This document shows, piece by piece, positions 1-10,762 of a stretch of DNA of 64,000 nucleotides. The stretch spans positions 37,749 to 101,748 of the forward strand of contig CAVOUK010000011.1 in the NCBI GenBank assembly GCA_963699585.1. Reading direction: 5' to 3'. The translations under genes were made by a program, and so were the position numbers. This DNA comes from Thermodesulfovibrionia bacterium. GTDB lineage: Bacteria > Nitrospirota > Thermodesulfovibrionia > UBA6902. Under the pieces are notes generated by a model, which saw nothing but the letters and a program-made list of their open reading frames with translations, ran no database searches and was not told the DNA's origin. The first letter of the stretch is position 1. The number at the start of each line of letters is the position of its first letter.

Positions 1-758
1 AAACCCAGAAAATTACTGCCTGAGTCGCCAAGAAATATCTCTGCTGAATTTTGGGGCCTGAAATTATATGGAAGGAATCCGATACATCCTCCCATTACTG
101 CAATAGCCATCCAGCCCAGTAAAGGCTGGTCCGTCTGAAAGGCCACCACTCCAATAAAAAATGAGAACACTATGCATAATCCTGATGCGAGCCCGTCCAT
201 ACCGTCAAAGAAGTTTGTGGAATTGGTCAGTCCGATTATCCACAGATAAGTGATTAATGAATTCAATATCGTGCCGGGCCATGTATGCTCAAACAAAGAA
301 ATTGTTATGCCGTTCATCAATAATATCGTAACTGCTGTCAACTGGAGCAGCAGCCTTATTTTTGATGACAGTTTCATTATGTCATCCAGCAATCCTGAGA
401 TAAAAACAATGGTGGCCCCTATAACTACTGCAATGAGCTCTGTAGAATAGACAACATTGCTCAGAATAGCTATGAGAAATGCAATGTATATTCCGACGCC
501 TCCTATAAGGGGGGTAGGGGCGGTGTGCACTTTTCTTGGGTCCGGATTATCCAGAATATTAAACTTAAAGGCGATATATTTGACAAAAGGTATTGAGAGG
601 AAGCTGATCAGAGAAGCTATAAGCAGTACAAGTATCCACCTCACTCCTCCCTGATGATGAAACCAGCCCCGTACAGGCTGTAAATAAAGCAGAATCAGGA
701 CAACGGTCCCGCTAATATAAAAAAGGGGCCATTTTATCTTAAGACCTTTTTCGCGCAT
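1..758 (-). CDS. Polyprenyl-phosphate HexNAc-1-phosphate transferase (WecA/MraY family initiating transferase); C-terminus runs off the window start
   Basis: Not in the ORF track because no stop lies in the window. My translation from ATG 758-756: MREKGLKIKWPLFYISG..NILDNPDPRKVHTAPTPLIGGVGIY..NSTNFFDGMDGLASG..FLGDSGSNFLG. It carries the family motifs NxxNxxDGxDGL and GDSGS. The ATG at 732-730 is in a frame that stops after 6 codons. Confidence 0.8.
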   Translation of the reverse strand, partial: MREKGLKIKWPLFYISGTVVLILLYLQPVRGWFHHQGGVRWILVLLIASLISFLSIPFVKYIAFKFNILDNPDPRKVHTAPTPLIGGVGIYIAFLIAILSNVVYSTELIAVVIGATIVFISGLLDDIMKLSSKIRLLLQLTAVTILLMNGITISLFEHTWPGTILNSLITYLWIIGLTNSTNFFDGMDGLASGLCIVFSFFIGVVAFQTDQPLLGWMAIAVMGGCIGFLPYNFRPQNSAEIFLGDSGSNFLG

Positions 759-1802
759 TCTATTATCCTGTTAACAGCATCTTCCTTCAATAAAGGATAT
801 ATTGGCAGAGAGACCGTCTCTTTCCATATTGTCTCGGCATTAGGCAATGGACCTTGTTTAATTATCTTATGGACCGGCATAAATACAGGCCTTCTGCAGA
901 CAATGCCTTTTACTCTCATATCGCCGATAAACTTATCAGCATTTTTCATCCGGACAACAAATCTGTAATATATGTCTTTAACATGCTTTGATTTTTCGGG
1001 CAGGGACAAAGGGAGATTCTGTAATCCCTCAAGATAGCGTCCGGCAATTCGTCTTCTCTGTTTTATAAATCCCGGCAGTTTCTTGAGCTGGCTTCTGCCG
1101 AGCGCTGCCTGAATATCTGTCATCTTGCAATTAAATCTTAATCTGCTGTCCTTTTTTTCATCATATTCTCGCAGGTCCCTTGCTCTCTTCAGCACCTCCG
1201 GTGAATCTGAAATGATCATCCCGCCTTCTCCTGTAGTTATTACTTTAGTAGCATAGAACGAAAAAACAGAGACATGTCCGAAAGGATCCCACTTTTTTAC
1301 CCTTGTATTCTGCGCCCAATGATAATGCGCAATCCTCAATTACCGGAACAGAGTATTTGTTTGATATATAAAGGAAGGCGTCCATGTCAGCCGGCCTGCC
1401 GAAGAGATGGACCACAATTATCGCCTTAATATTATGTTTTTTTGAATTTATTAAATAATTCTCCACCCATTCAGCATCCATGGACCAGCCGTCTTTTACA
1501 GTATCAGCAAGGACAGGCAAGGCCCCGGTGTATCTCACGGCATTATAAGGCGCAATGCATGAATAGGCAGGAACTATAACACTATCACCTTTTCCGACTC
1601 CAAGCGCAAGAAGGGACAGGTGAAGCGCCGCTGTTCCGCTGCTTACAGCAATGCCGCCTTTTATTCCATGGAATCCGGAAAGTTGAGCTTCAAACCTGTT
1701 AACTTCTTCTCCCTGTGATATAAGACCGCTTTTCAATACAGACGATACTGCTTTTATATCATCTTTGTCTATTGTTGATCTTGAGTGGGGGACCAATTTC
1801 AT
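734..1802 (-). pseudogene. DegT/DnrJ/EryC1/StrS-type PLP sugar aminotransferase, interrupted by one frameshift near 1280
   Basis: ORFs 1245..1802 (N-terminal half, ..VIEDCALSLGAEYKGKKVGSF) and 734..1339 (GHVSVFSFYATKVITTGEGGMI.. with the PLP-Lys motif) join as GSF|GHV if one base (about 1280) is removed. Confidence 0.75.
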
Positions 1803-2416
1803 ATGTTCACGAAAAGCCTCAGCGCCTGAAAACCTTCACCATATTTCACCCGGCCCTGCGTCCCTCTGAAATGCGCCATGGCTTTAGCGATCTCGACTAT
1901 GGATAATCCTTCTATATGTGTTTTATCTATCTGGGATTCATGCGCTTTGAGAACTTCAAACTTCTTCTCTATGCACGGCGATATATCGACGAAAACGGTT
2001 GGATGAAAATCAACAGAGTTAACACATTCATAGAAAAGGACGTTTTTGGAGTAGCGGGCTGCTGAGATAGCGGCCAATCCAAGCGCCCTATGGTCCTGAT
2101 GCGTATCTTCGGGATAGTTTACAAGCACAAAGGCCGGCTGTATTTTTTTGAGGGCGTTTTCGATAGTGTCAACAAGGATCTTCCCCTGATATTCGAGAGT
2201 GGTGTCTTTAAATCCTCCCCAGTAGATCTCTTCGGCCCCCAAAATTTCTGCGGACCGCTCCTGCTCTTTCTTCCTTGTTGATAGCTCGCCGCCGTTACTG
2301 CCGTCGGTCATGACCATAAGGAAATGCCTGAATCCCTTATCTTTCCATTTTAATAATGTGCCTGCACAGCCTATCTCTATATCATCAGGATGCGCACCTA
2401 TGGAGAGTATATTCAT
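1799..2416 (-). CDS. PIG-L/LmbE family N-acetylglucosaminyl deacetylase
   Basis: MNILSIGAHPDDIEIGCAG.. and ..THQDHRALG motifs; start overlaps the upstream gene end. Confidence 0.8.
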   Translation of the reverse strand: MNILSIGAHPDDIEIGCAGTLLKWKDKGFRHFLMVMTDGSNGGELSTRKKEQERSAEILGAEEIYWGGFKDTTLEYQGKILVDTIENALKKIQPAFVLVNYPEDTHQDHRALGLAAISAARYSKNVLFYECVNSVDFHPTVFVDISPCIEKKFEVLKAHESQIDKTHIEGLSIVEIAKAMAHFRGTQGRVKYGEGFQALRLFVNI

Positions 2417-3101
2417 TTACCCGCTCCTTTCTGATCTTGTTCAGGCTCTCTTCTCCGCAGTTGAAGATGAGGTCGATGGCAGACATGTAATATTCAAATT
2501 CATTAAATAACTGTATATATACCGGCTGGTTGAATTCCTGGAATACCACATCTATCCCGGCATGGCTGAATCTATTAAAGTCCATATAAGTTTTGCCGTC
2601 TTTCCCAGCAAGGTATGTATCGGCGCCAAGCCTTCTGCATATATCTATAAGTCTCTGATTGGGTTCATCGCTAAGACCCTCCATTTCAGAGGCAATAACG
2701 ATATCAGTTTTTATCCCGAACATATCCTTCAGCAGCATGACACTGGCAATATTTGCTTTTGACAACAAATTCCACTCCTGATCATAGAAGTCCTTAAGGT
2801 ATTTAATGTATTTTTCATAGTAGGGAGATTTCCCATAGTTTGTCTGTAATGAATAGAGATGTTTTTTTTGCCAATTAGAGTTGTTGTCTATCAGCACTTC
2901 ATTGATCTTTTGCGGGAACTTGTAACATGCTGGTACAGTAAGCCACTGCCATCCGTTTGAGGTCTTTATCCTGTTCCTGTTCTGGTATTCATTTTTTTTG
3001 TACTGCACATTGTCAAGCAAAACAAAGACATCGCAGCTATCCATTTTGTCAAAATAACCAAGCCACGGCATAAATTGAGGCTGATGAATGGCGACGATCA
3101 T
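2385..3101 (-). CDS. WbqC family protein
   Basis: N-terminus MIVAIHQPQFMPWLGYFDKM is typical of the WbqC-like family, and the gene sits in a glycan locus. Confidence 0.7.
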   Translation of the reverse strand: MIVAIHQPQFMPWLGYFDKMDSCDVFVLLDNVQYKKNEYQNRNRIKTSNGWQWLTVPACYKFPQKINEVLIDNNSNWQKKHLYSLQTNYGKSPYYEKYIKYLKDFYDQEWNLLSKANIASVMLLKDMFGIKTDIVIASEMEGLSDEPNQRLIDICRRLGADTYLAGKDGKTYMDFNRFSHAGIDVVFQEFNQPVYIQLFNEFEYYMSAIDLIFNCGEESLNKIRKERVNEYTLHRCAS

Positions 3102-4567
3102 TGTGAATTCCCTTTCATTGTCACAAAGATAGGATTGCTTATCAGACGGTTGTCAATATCAATCCTGTAATAAGTCCTTTCCCCTGATCTGAAATAATCA
3201 TCAGTCAGCTCGATATCAAGGCTGCCGTCTATGATAAAATCTTTTATTACAATACCTTCCCTGATCAGCCTGAGCCTTGTATTCCTCCTATCTTCTTCGG
3301 ATAAACGGAGCTTAATCTTTAATCGTATCGCGTTGCTAACAGTTGCATTACCGCCCATTTCGGTCCAGATACCGTGCTCATCATCCCATATCTGAAAGGC
3401 CTCAAGAACTGGTTTTGAATCACCATGGACCGCATACATCCTGCCTGTGCGCATTGCTTTCAATATCTCAGCCTTATTATTTCCGTTGACTAAAAAAACT
3501 GTCTGGGTCTCTCCCATCCAGTTACCTTCTTTATAGTCCAGTTCACCTATAGCCCATACCGGTTTCTGACGCTGTCCGTTTATATACTGCTTCAGCGCCA
3601 TATCCCATACCCCTCCGGGTTTGCCGCTGTATTTCATCCCCTCAATAAATGCTGAAAAGCCTGTGTAATTAAAAGTTTCAAGAAGCTCTTTATAGTATGG
3701 TGCGGTGTATATCCCTATGCCATTAAGTTCATGTTTCCCTTCAATATCGGGATGCGCCCAGAAGACCATGCCTCCCTTTTTTTCAACATAATCTATAAGG
3801 TTTTGATATGGCAATGAGCCCCTGTCCCCGTGGTATTGGTCATAGAGGGGCGCGCAAAAGGGTATGTTATTTATTAATAAAAGCACGCCCGCAAGTAAAA
3901 TTATGACGCCTAATATTCTGAACGGACGACTTTCCTTATTGAAACTTAACATCCGCAGCTTCACAAGTTCTTTTTTCCTGTATAGTGCGAGCCATACTCC
4001 TGCGGGTATTAAGAGTATAGGCCATATATTTAAAAGACACCGCAAATCAAAGACCATGGGATTGTTGTAACCTATGGATGGGATACCCTCTAAATCCTCA
4101 GGTGTTTCAAGGCCGATCACAAGGAGGTGCTTGTGAAAGTTGATCAGTTTGAGATTATGGTCAAAATAGCTGCCATCCCAGTAATAGAACGGTATAGCCT
4201 CAACACCTGCGATAATTGTCATATCAGGATTTTGCTTTGCGATATCTTCGACCATGCCGAGATATTTTTTTGCGCCAAAGGTAATAATGGAATTTTTTTC
4301 TTCGGTCTTTTTTATTATTTTTCTTAGTGGGGAGATGCCATATTCAACTTTCAAATTGTCTTTATCGGTTATAATGGCAACCTTTAATCCTGCCTCTTTA
4401 ACTTTATTTACCATCTCTTCCGGAGAAAGCACTCCATCGCTGATACTGGTATCAAGATGAACTGCCCCGGATACCCTTTCCACTGCATTTATATTGCTGG
4501 AGTGCACTATAGACAGAATTATCAAAAATGCTGTAAGGATATACACAGATCTAACAGAGGTCTTCAT
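3098..4567 (-). CDS. Signal-anchored protein with a degenerate PHP-like metallophosphoesterase N-domain; function unknown
   Basis: ORF 3098..4663. I prefer the Met at 4567 (MKTSVRSVYILTAFLIILSIVHS, signal/anchor-like). GAVHLDTSISDG resembles the PHP HxH..SDG motif. There is a second hydrophobic stretch mid-protein, then FWAHPD. Confidence 0.5.
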   Translation of the reverse strand: MKTSVRSVYILTAFLIILSIVHSSNINAVERVSGAVHLDTSISDGVLSPEEMVNKVKEAGLKVAIITDKDNLKVEYGISPLRKIIKKTEEKNSIITFGAKKYLGMVEDIAKQNPDMTIIAGVEAIPFYYWDGSYFDHNLKLINFHKHLLVIGLETPEDLEGIPSIGYNNPMVFDLRCLLNIWPILLIPAGVWLALYRKKELVKLRMLSFNKESRPFRILGVIILLAGVLLLINNIPFCAPLYDQYHGDRGSLPYQNLIDYVEKKGGMVFWAHPDIEGKHELNGIGIYTAPYYKELLETFNYTGFSAFIEGMKYSGKPGGVWDMALKQYINGQRQKPVWAIGELDYKEGNWMGETQTVFLVNGNNKAEILKAMRTGRMYAVHGDSKPVLEAFQIWDDEHGIWTEMGGNATVSNAIRLKIKLRLSEEDRRNTRLRLIREGIVIKDFIIDGSLDIELTDDYFRSGERTYYRIDIDNRLISNPIFVTMKGNSQ

Positions 4568-5693
4568 ATGTTTCACTGTATAGGTTGTGGATCTTCTGGA
4601 CCATTTGTCCGGTGCTGAAATTGAGGGCCTTATTCCTGTTTGCACTGCCAAACCTGCCTGCAAGCTCCGTATCTTTTAATATCCTCAATGATTCCCTTGC
4701 CATTGATATATAATCTCCCGGCGGGACAAGGAAGCCGTTCATACCGTCTTCCACAATCTCAGGTATGCCGCCGACATTAGCTGCAACAATGGGCTTTCCG
4801 CATGTCATGGCTTCGAGCAGCACCCTTCCAAGCCCCTCATTTAAAGGTGTGTGAAGCAGGAGGTCTATGGAATTCATTATAGCCGGTATATCGGTCCTGA
4901 AACCGGTAAACGTTACTTCTTTGTTAAATCAAGAGAGTAAGCCAGTTTTTCCATGTCACCGTTCAGAGATCCGTCGCCGACTACAAGGAATCTTGCGCCG
5001 GGGAGTTCTTTTTTGATCAAATGGCAGGCCCTTAAGAAATATTCACATCCCTTAACAGCCTCAGCCCTCCCAACCCATCCTATAACGGGCATATCAGGAC
5101 GAAATACAAAATTCATTTCTCACAGTCATATGGGATGAAGAGAATTTAACTATATCAATGCCGCATGGAATGGTAACGATCTTGTTGTCAGGCGCTAAGT
5201 TATCGTGGAGATACTCCGTTTTTTCGATCTCCGTTAAAGTAATTATTTTATTTGTAAATCTTGCAGCTATCTTTTCAAGATACATGAATACCCTGCTTGT
5301 GAGCCTGCTGAAGTAGCCGTAAAACACATGCCCGTGCGGCATGTGTATAGCCACTTTTATCCCGGCAATTCGACCTGCGATCCTCCCGATGAATCCTGCC
5401 TTTGATGTGTGCGTATGCAGCACATCAGGTTTAATTTTCCTGATAACATTTAATATCTCAAAAAAGGCGAGAACATCCTGAAAAGGATTCAGGTCCCTTC
5501 TAAGTGATTTGATGTGATATACGGGTATGCCCGTTCTTACTGAAAAGGCATTAATATCAGCCTGCGGATCAAGGGTGGGGCCTACTGCAACGAAGACATC
5601 ATAACCCATACTTTTGAGTCCGGCAACAAGATCCAGGAAAACATCTGCTGAACCGCCTTTGTCAAGCCGTGTAATTATATGCAGTACTCTCAT
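4551..5693 (-). pseudogene. GT4-family (GT-B) glycosyltransferase split into three ORFs by two frameshifts (about 5100 and 4915)
   Basis: ORFs 5094..5693 (MRVLHIITRLDKGGSA.. N-domain), 4913..5116 (..PVIGWVGRAEAVKG..) and 4551..4877 (..NEGLGRVLLEAMTCGKPIVAANVGGIPEIV.. E-x7-E region) are colinear pieces of one GT4 enzyme. Confidence 0.75.
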
Positions 5694-5706
5694 ATATTGC
5701 CCTTAA

Positions 5707-6870
5707 TCAATACCTGTAAAATTCCGTACATCGTGTGCAGACCGGGAAATGTTTGTCTTTTTTTAGTATCTGCCTGAAATTCAGCGCCCTCTCACTGTTC
5801 CATAATTTTTTAAAAGAATTTTCTTTAATGTTGCCGATAGTATAATTAAGTGACTGGCAGGGCCTTACAGTGCCGTCAGGGAATATATATGCGACCATCC
5901 ATGGGCTTATGCAGCGGTTCTTATAGCTGTCAGGCAGAAAATCAAATGATGAATAGTATCTTTTTATTTCAGGGTCCGTAAGATTTGGATATACCGAGAC
6001 ATCAACATCTGTTTTTAAAGACCTGAGTTTTTTCAGCATCCGTATCAGCTTCTCAGGGAGTATGTTCGGGGTATTTTCTCTGACAAAGCCGGCCCAGTCA
6101 TGTGATGAGCATGAAAACTGGTCCTGAAATATCCTGTCGTGCCTTGAATATATTTCTTTGCTCAGGAATATCAGGTGATGAAATGTGATCGATGAAGCGC
6201 ACATGTCCTCCGCTGACCTCACGATCTCATCAAGTCTTGTATAATTTACCTCAAAAATAGTGGATGATATATTTATCAGGGGCCTGTTGGTCCCCCGTTC
6301 TTTTTTTAATCTGGCGATCTTTTGAAAGCCCGCCATTGCCCTGTCGTATGTGCCTGCTGTTCCCCTGATCTCATCATGGACCTCACGCGGGCCGTCAAGG
6401 GAAAATATTATCTCGTCTATTCCCGCATCCATTATGGATTCGGCCTTCTCCTCTAACAGGACGCCATTAGTCAGAATGTTGCATCTCATTTTTCTTTCTT
6501 TTATTAACCTGATGACCTCCGGCAGCTCCCTGTAGATCAGAGGCTCGCCTCCGAACAATGTTATTGCAGGTCTGAATTCAGCCACATCATCCAGCAGTTT
6601 TTTAATGTCATTTATGGATAACTGTTTTATTAATTCTTCAGACGGGTAGGCATGCGAACTGCCTTTCAGTCCCCACTGTCCGCACATCTTGCATCTTAAA
6701 TTACATCTGTATGTTATAAAAAGTGATATGGTCTCAGGATATGCGCTGTATCCGTTGCAGAGTTTGCATGTAACAGATGATTTCAGCCGTTTGCTGAATG
6801 CCTTGAGTGCATATTTAGGTTGTGTAACAGCTTTCTTTAAAGCCCTTGCGATGTTCCTTCTTGGTATCAT
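5707..6870 (-). CDS. Radical SAM protein with C-terminal SPASM-like Cys cluster
   Basis: ITYRCNLRCKMCGQWG (CxxxCxxC) and GGEPLIY; C-terminal CISPW..GTVRPCQS..FPVCTRCTEFY. Confidence 0.8.
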   Translation of the reverse strand: MIPRRNIARALKKAVTQPKYALKAFSKRLKSSVTCKLCNGYSAYPETISLFITYRCNLRCKMCGQWGLKGSSHAYPSEELIKQLSINDIKKLLDDVAEFRPAITLFGGEPLIYRELPEVIRLIKERKMRCNILTNGVLLEEKAESIMDAGIDEIIFSLDGPREVHDEIRGTAGTYDRAMAGFQKIARLKKERGTNRPLINISSTIFEVNYTRLDEIVRSAEDMCASSITFHHLIFLSKEIYSRHDRIFQDQFSCSSHDWAGFVRENTPNILPEKLIRMLKKLRSLKTDVDVSVYPNLTDPEIKRYYSSFDFLPDSYKNRCISPWMVAYIFPDGTVRPCQSLNYTIGNIKENSFKKLWNSERALNFRQILKKDKHFPVCTRCTEFYRY

Positions 6871-8013
6871 GATCTGGTAGCCCTCTCAACAGTCTCGACG
6901 ACTTTATAAAGCGTTTCATTCTTTACATAGTGATGGACCGGTATAAGCACAAGCCTTTCAGAGATATATTCTGCATTAGGGAAACTTCCGCCGCTGCAGT
7001 CGTAAATCTTGTGTATCGGTTTATCATAAAGTATTGTGGACTCAACGCCCATCCTGTTTATCTCTTCACAAACTCTCATCCTTTTTTCTGCGTTCTCAAC
7101 AATGATCGGGAACTGGTTGAAGACAACCCTCCAGCCGGCAGGTATCTCAGGACGTCTTATTCCCTTTATATTGCTGAACGCATCATAAAGTATCCTCCCT
7201 TTTTCCTCCCGGCCATGAAATATAAATTCAGCCCTTTTCAGAAGAGAACAGCCCAGGGAGCCCTGAAATGCTTCATAGCGGAAACTATTAAAATCATCAT
7301 GCAGTGATGTATATTTGAACTTTGAAATTGATTTTTTTAATAACGTATAGAACCACGGTCTTACCGCATATGATAATGCTATGGACTTTAAAAACAAACT
7401 GGTCCTCCCGGAGAAACCGAGCGATGGCAGTTTTTCTATTTCATTACGAACAAGCCCTGCAAATTTCTCATTGTCTGTCACAATAACTGCCGCCTGTAAC
7501 AGTTGAAAGGTTCTTGCCCCTGTTGAAACTTATAAAACCGATGTCCCCAAAAGTGCCGGTTAACCTAAGCCCTTTACTGGTGCCGAATGATGACGCAGCA
7601 TCCTCTATTGCAAATGCGTTATGTTTGCCGTTCATCCTGTCGATCTCTGCAGGTAACCCGAACATGTGCACATACAGAACGGCAAGTGTTTTATCAGAAA
7701 CCGCAGCGGCTGTTTTCCCGTAATCCATATTGAATGTATCAATGGACATATCAACAAGCCTGTACTTAAGCCCGGCCTTTTTTATCGGCAGGGTGAGGGA
7801 AGGGGCTGTATATGCAGGAAGGATTATCTCATCCTTATCAGACAGCTTTCTTAAGGCACGAAGAATAATATAAAGTGCGGTGGTCCCTGAATTGACCGCA
7901 AATGCATGCCTGATGCCGAGCATAATTTTAATTCTGTCCTCAAAATCCGATGGATGAATAACAGAATTCAGTATGTCACCAAACTTTATCGGTGTGCCTG
8001 CAGAAGGGATCAT
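6867..8013 (-). pseudogene. Second DegT-like PLP aminotransferase, one frameshift near 7490
   Basis: ORF 7468..8013 (..NSGTTALYIILRAL..AIEDAASSFG..FISFNRGKNLSTVTGG) and ORF 6867..7481 (C-terminal domain) join as TGG|AVIVTDNEKFA in an adjacent frame. Confidence 0.7.
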
Positions 8014-8591
8014 TCCATATTCTCCTTCTTTTCAAACACCATGATATATCCCCATGCGAGATATTGATTATTTATGCCTACTGCTTTTTCCCTGATAAGC
8101 CTGCATCCTGCCGCATTCATTACATTAATTATGTCTTCAGGTAAATAGGGAATTGTCGGGAATGTCATTTTTCTGCTATGCAGCCAGTTTTTAATGCGAA
8201 TAACAGGATTCCTTCTATTCCTTATGTCTATAACGAGTTTCCCGTTTTTATTTATAATTCTTATCATCTCTCTGAAGGCCGGTTCAAATTCAGACAGTGA
8301 TGAAAAATTGTAAATTGTGTTTAAACATACTGCAATGTCAAAAACACGACTTTTATACGGCATTCTTAATATGTCTCCCCTCAAAACAGACATTCCGGCA
8401 TTTTTTGCATCCGTGATCTGATGCCATGCGCCATCAATCCCTACGATCTTTTTATCATTGTGCCGTCCAATCTCTCTCAGAAGCACTCCCTTGCCGCATG
8501 CAATATCAGCGACCATTCCTTTATAACCCTTTAATACCTCCGCTGCGACCCTGACTGTTTTTATCGGAAGATAATTCTTAAAGCTGAACAA
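8010..8591 (-). CDS. Class I SAM-dependent methyltransferase
   Basis: VADIACGKGVLLREIG motif I; about 190 aa. Confidence 0.75.
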   Translation of the reverse strand: MFSFKNYLPIKTVRVAAEVLKGYKGMVADIACGKGVLLREIGRHNDKKIVGIDGAWHQITDAKNAGMSVLRGDILRMPYKSRVFDIAVCLNTIYNFSSLSEFEPAFREMIRIINKNGKLVIDIRNRRNPVIRIKNWLHSRKMTFPTIPYLPEDIINVMNAAGCRLIREKAVGINNQYLAWGYIMVFEKKENME

Positions 8592-9678
8592 GGACCCTCC
8601 TGGATTGTAGTGACATAAGTTTTTTTACTGCTTCTTTTACTTCGCCCACAGTTGTGGCATCCATACAGTTATTACCATCGCAGTCAAATCTTCTGCACTC
8701 CTGCATCGGATGTTCAAATGAGAAATAAGGACACAGGCTGTGGTCCTTTTTTATGGCAACAAACCTGGAATCGTCCATATATGGATGGTATCTCTTAAGA
8801 TTGGTCTGCCCAAAAATGGCGATAATCGGAACATCCACTGCAGCAGCGATATGCATTGGCCCTGTATCATTAGTTATAAACAAGCTCATTTTACTGATCA
8901 ATGCCGCAAATCTCATTATTGAGGCGCCAATGACCGTTCTAACATTTTCTTCAGGCAGAGATCTTGAAATACTTTCTGCAAGAGATTTTTCTTTGTCCCC
9001 GCCGGTGATCACAACAGAGGCCGACATTTCTTCGATAAGCCATTCTGCGATCTCTTTAAATCTCCGGGCAGACCACATTCTTGAGGGCCTGAATGCTCCG
9101 GGGTTTATGCCTATGAGAGGCCCTTTATCAGATAACCCTGCAAGTAAGTCTTCAGCATGCTCCAGCTCACTCTCAGGAATGATCAATTTTGGGGCAACCC
9201 TGTCAGCTTTCAGCCCCAGCAGTTCAACTACTTTTATTTTTCTGATGACCTCATGCTCATCGGAAGTCAAAGTATCTTCAGACCTGGCAGCAAATCCCCA
9301 TCCTCTTCCGTTCGTATCTCTTCCGAAGGTCTTTTTGACACCGAGTGATCTAAAGAACAGCCACCGCTTTACAGCAGCCTTTAAGGTCTCAACTGCACTG
9401 AGGTCTATGGCAAGATCATATCCTTTCCCTCTCATTTCAGTTATAAGACTCAGCCAGCCGTTAATTCCTTTCCTGTCCATTGCATCAGTTGAGAGCACAT
9501 TTAAATTTTTATAACTATCTGACTTCAGACTTTCAATAATGGCCCTGGTCCTCGGCACAGTAAGTATTGTTATATCAGCGTTCTTATAACTATTTAAAAC
9601 AGCCTTTACTGCCGGAAGGGACATTGCCGTATCTCCAATACCACCCAGTTCCAGTATTAAAATCTTCTGCTCAGGCAT
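8578..9678 (-). CDS. GT9-family glycosyltransferase (heptosyltransferase-like)
   Basis: ILILELGGIGDTAMSLPAVKAV N-terminus and ..TNDTGPMHIAAA.. motif. Confidence 0.8.
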   Translation of the reverse strand: MPEQKILILELGGIGDTAMSLPAVKAVLNSYKNADITILTVPRTRAIIESLKSDSYKNLNVLSTDAMDRKGINGWLSLITEMRGKGYDLAIDLSAVETLKAAVKRWLFFRSLGVKKTFGRDTNGRGWGFAARSEDTLTSDEHEVIRKIKVVELLGLKADRVAPKLIIPESELEHAEDLLAGLSDKGPLIGINPGAFRPSRMWSARRFKEIAEWLIEEMSASVVITGGDKEKSLAESISRSLPEENVRTVIGASIMRFAALISKMSLFITNDTGPMHIAAAVDVPIIAIFGQTNLKRYHPYMDDSRFVAIKKDHSLCPYFSFEHPMQECRRFDCDGNNCMDATTVGEVKEAVKKLMSLQSRRVLVQL

Positions 9679-10762
9679 TTACTGTCTCCAATTGACTGAC
9701 AACAGCTTCCATTACTTCGTTGACAGTTATCAGATTCATACAGCTATGGTCACTGCATGCTGCTTTATTGCAGGGACTGCACGAGAGTTTCTTATTAAGA
9801 ACGACATGATTATTTCCCCACGGAAGCCATAAGGGAACGACCGTCGGCCCTGTCATTGAAACTGTAGGTATTCTTAACGCAGATGCTATATGAAGCGGCC
9901 CGGAATTATTGCATATTTGAAGGTCGCAGCAGTTTAACAGGGCAATGAACTGTCTCAATGATAAACCGCAGAATATGTGCGCTCCGCTACCAGCCTTATC
10001 CTGAACTGTTTTCAGCAGGTGTTCCTCTTTTTTATCTCCAAAGATAAGAACACTTGCCCCGCAATGTTCAATGATCTTTCCAGCTAATTCCCCAAATCTC
10101 CCGGCAGGCCACCTTTGACTCTCATAAAATGCTCCCGGGTGCAGTGCAATTTTTACAGAATTCTTATAACCGTTCTTTGAAAGCAAACCATGCGCCCACT
10201 CTTTTTCCTCATCTGACAGGAATATTTCAGGTGTACAATCATCTGTTTCAGCCCCGGCGCTTTCTGCAAGATCCAATAAATGCTCAACCATTCTTTTTGG
10301 GTGGTGGTTTTCGGGCCCGTTGACATTAAAGAACATTTCTCTGCCTGAATCTTTAAATCCCAATCTGTATTTCGCGCCGGAAAGATAAATTAAAAAGGCC
10401 TGCTTTAATTCATGAGTTAAAAACAGGTCTATCGCCAGATCAAAGTTCTTTATGCGTGTTTCTTTCATAAAACTGCGGACCCCTTTATAAATAAGGGCCT
10501 CGTCAACATTCGGATTGTTCCGGATAATTTCCTGATTTTTTTCTGATGCAAGGACTGTTATTTTTGCATCAGGATATCTTGTCTTTAATGCCCTGAAAAC
10601 AGGTGTTGAAAGTGTCATGTCCCCGACCCTGTCATGACGCAACAGCAGGATTTTATATATATTTTTGTTTTTTAATGTCATATCTTTTTTCAGAAGAAGA
10701 GGGGACAATAATATCTTTCTGATTTTTAAATAAGATTTTTTTAAAAGGGCTTTATACATCAA
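9671..10762 (-). CDS. GT9-family glycosyltransferase (heptosyltransferase-like), second copy
   Basis: ILLLRHDRVGDMTLSTPVFRALK and ..NNSGPLHIASAL.. motifs. Confidence 0.8.
   Translation of the reverse strand: MMYKALLKKSYLKIRKILLSPLLLKKDMTLKNKNIYKILLLRHDRVGDMTLSTPVFRALKTRYPDAKITVLASEKNQEIIRNNPNVDEALIYKGVRSFMKETRIKNFDLAIDLFLTHELKQAFLIYLSGAKYRLGFKDSGREMFFNVNGPENHHPKRMVEHLLDLAESAGAETDDCTPEIFLSDEEKEWAHGLLSKNGYKNSVKIALHPGAFYESQRWPAGRFGELAGKIIEHCGASVLIFGDKKEEHLLKTVQDKAGSGAHIFCGLSLRQFIALLNCCDLQICNNSGPLHIASALRIPTVSMTGPTVVPLWLPWGNNHVVLNKKLSCSPCNKAACSDHSCMNLITVNEVMEAVVSQLETVNA

Noticed and set aside
250-654. Plus-strand ORFs 250..450 and 457..654, and similar 60-80-aa ORFs in the track (e.g. 46286..46555, 20702..20914, 62671..62907).
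   Set aside because: They overlap strongly supported genes on the opposite strand or in another frame, or they sit in promoter regions. None has motifs or a convincing RBS.
730-732. ATG at 732-730 as the start of the WecA-like gene.
   Set aside because: That frame reads MAPFLY and then TAG. The conserved frame is offset by one base and starts at ATG 758-756.
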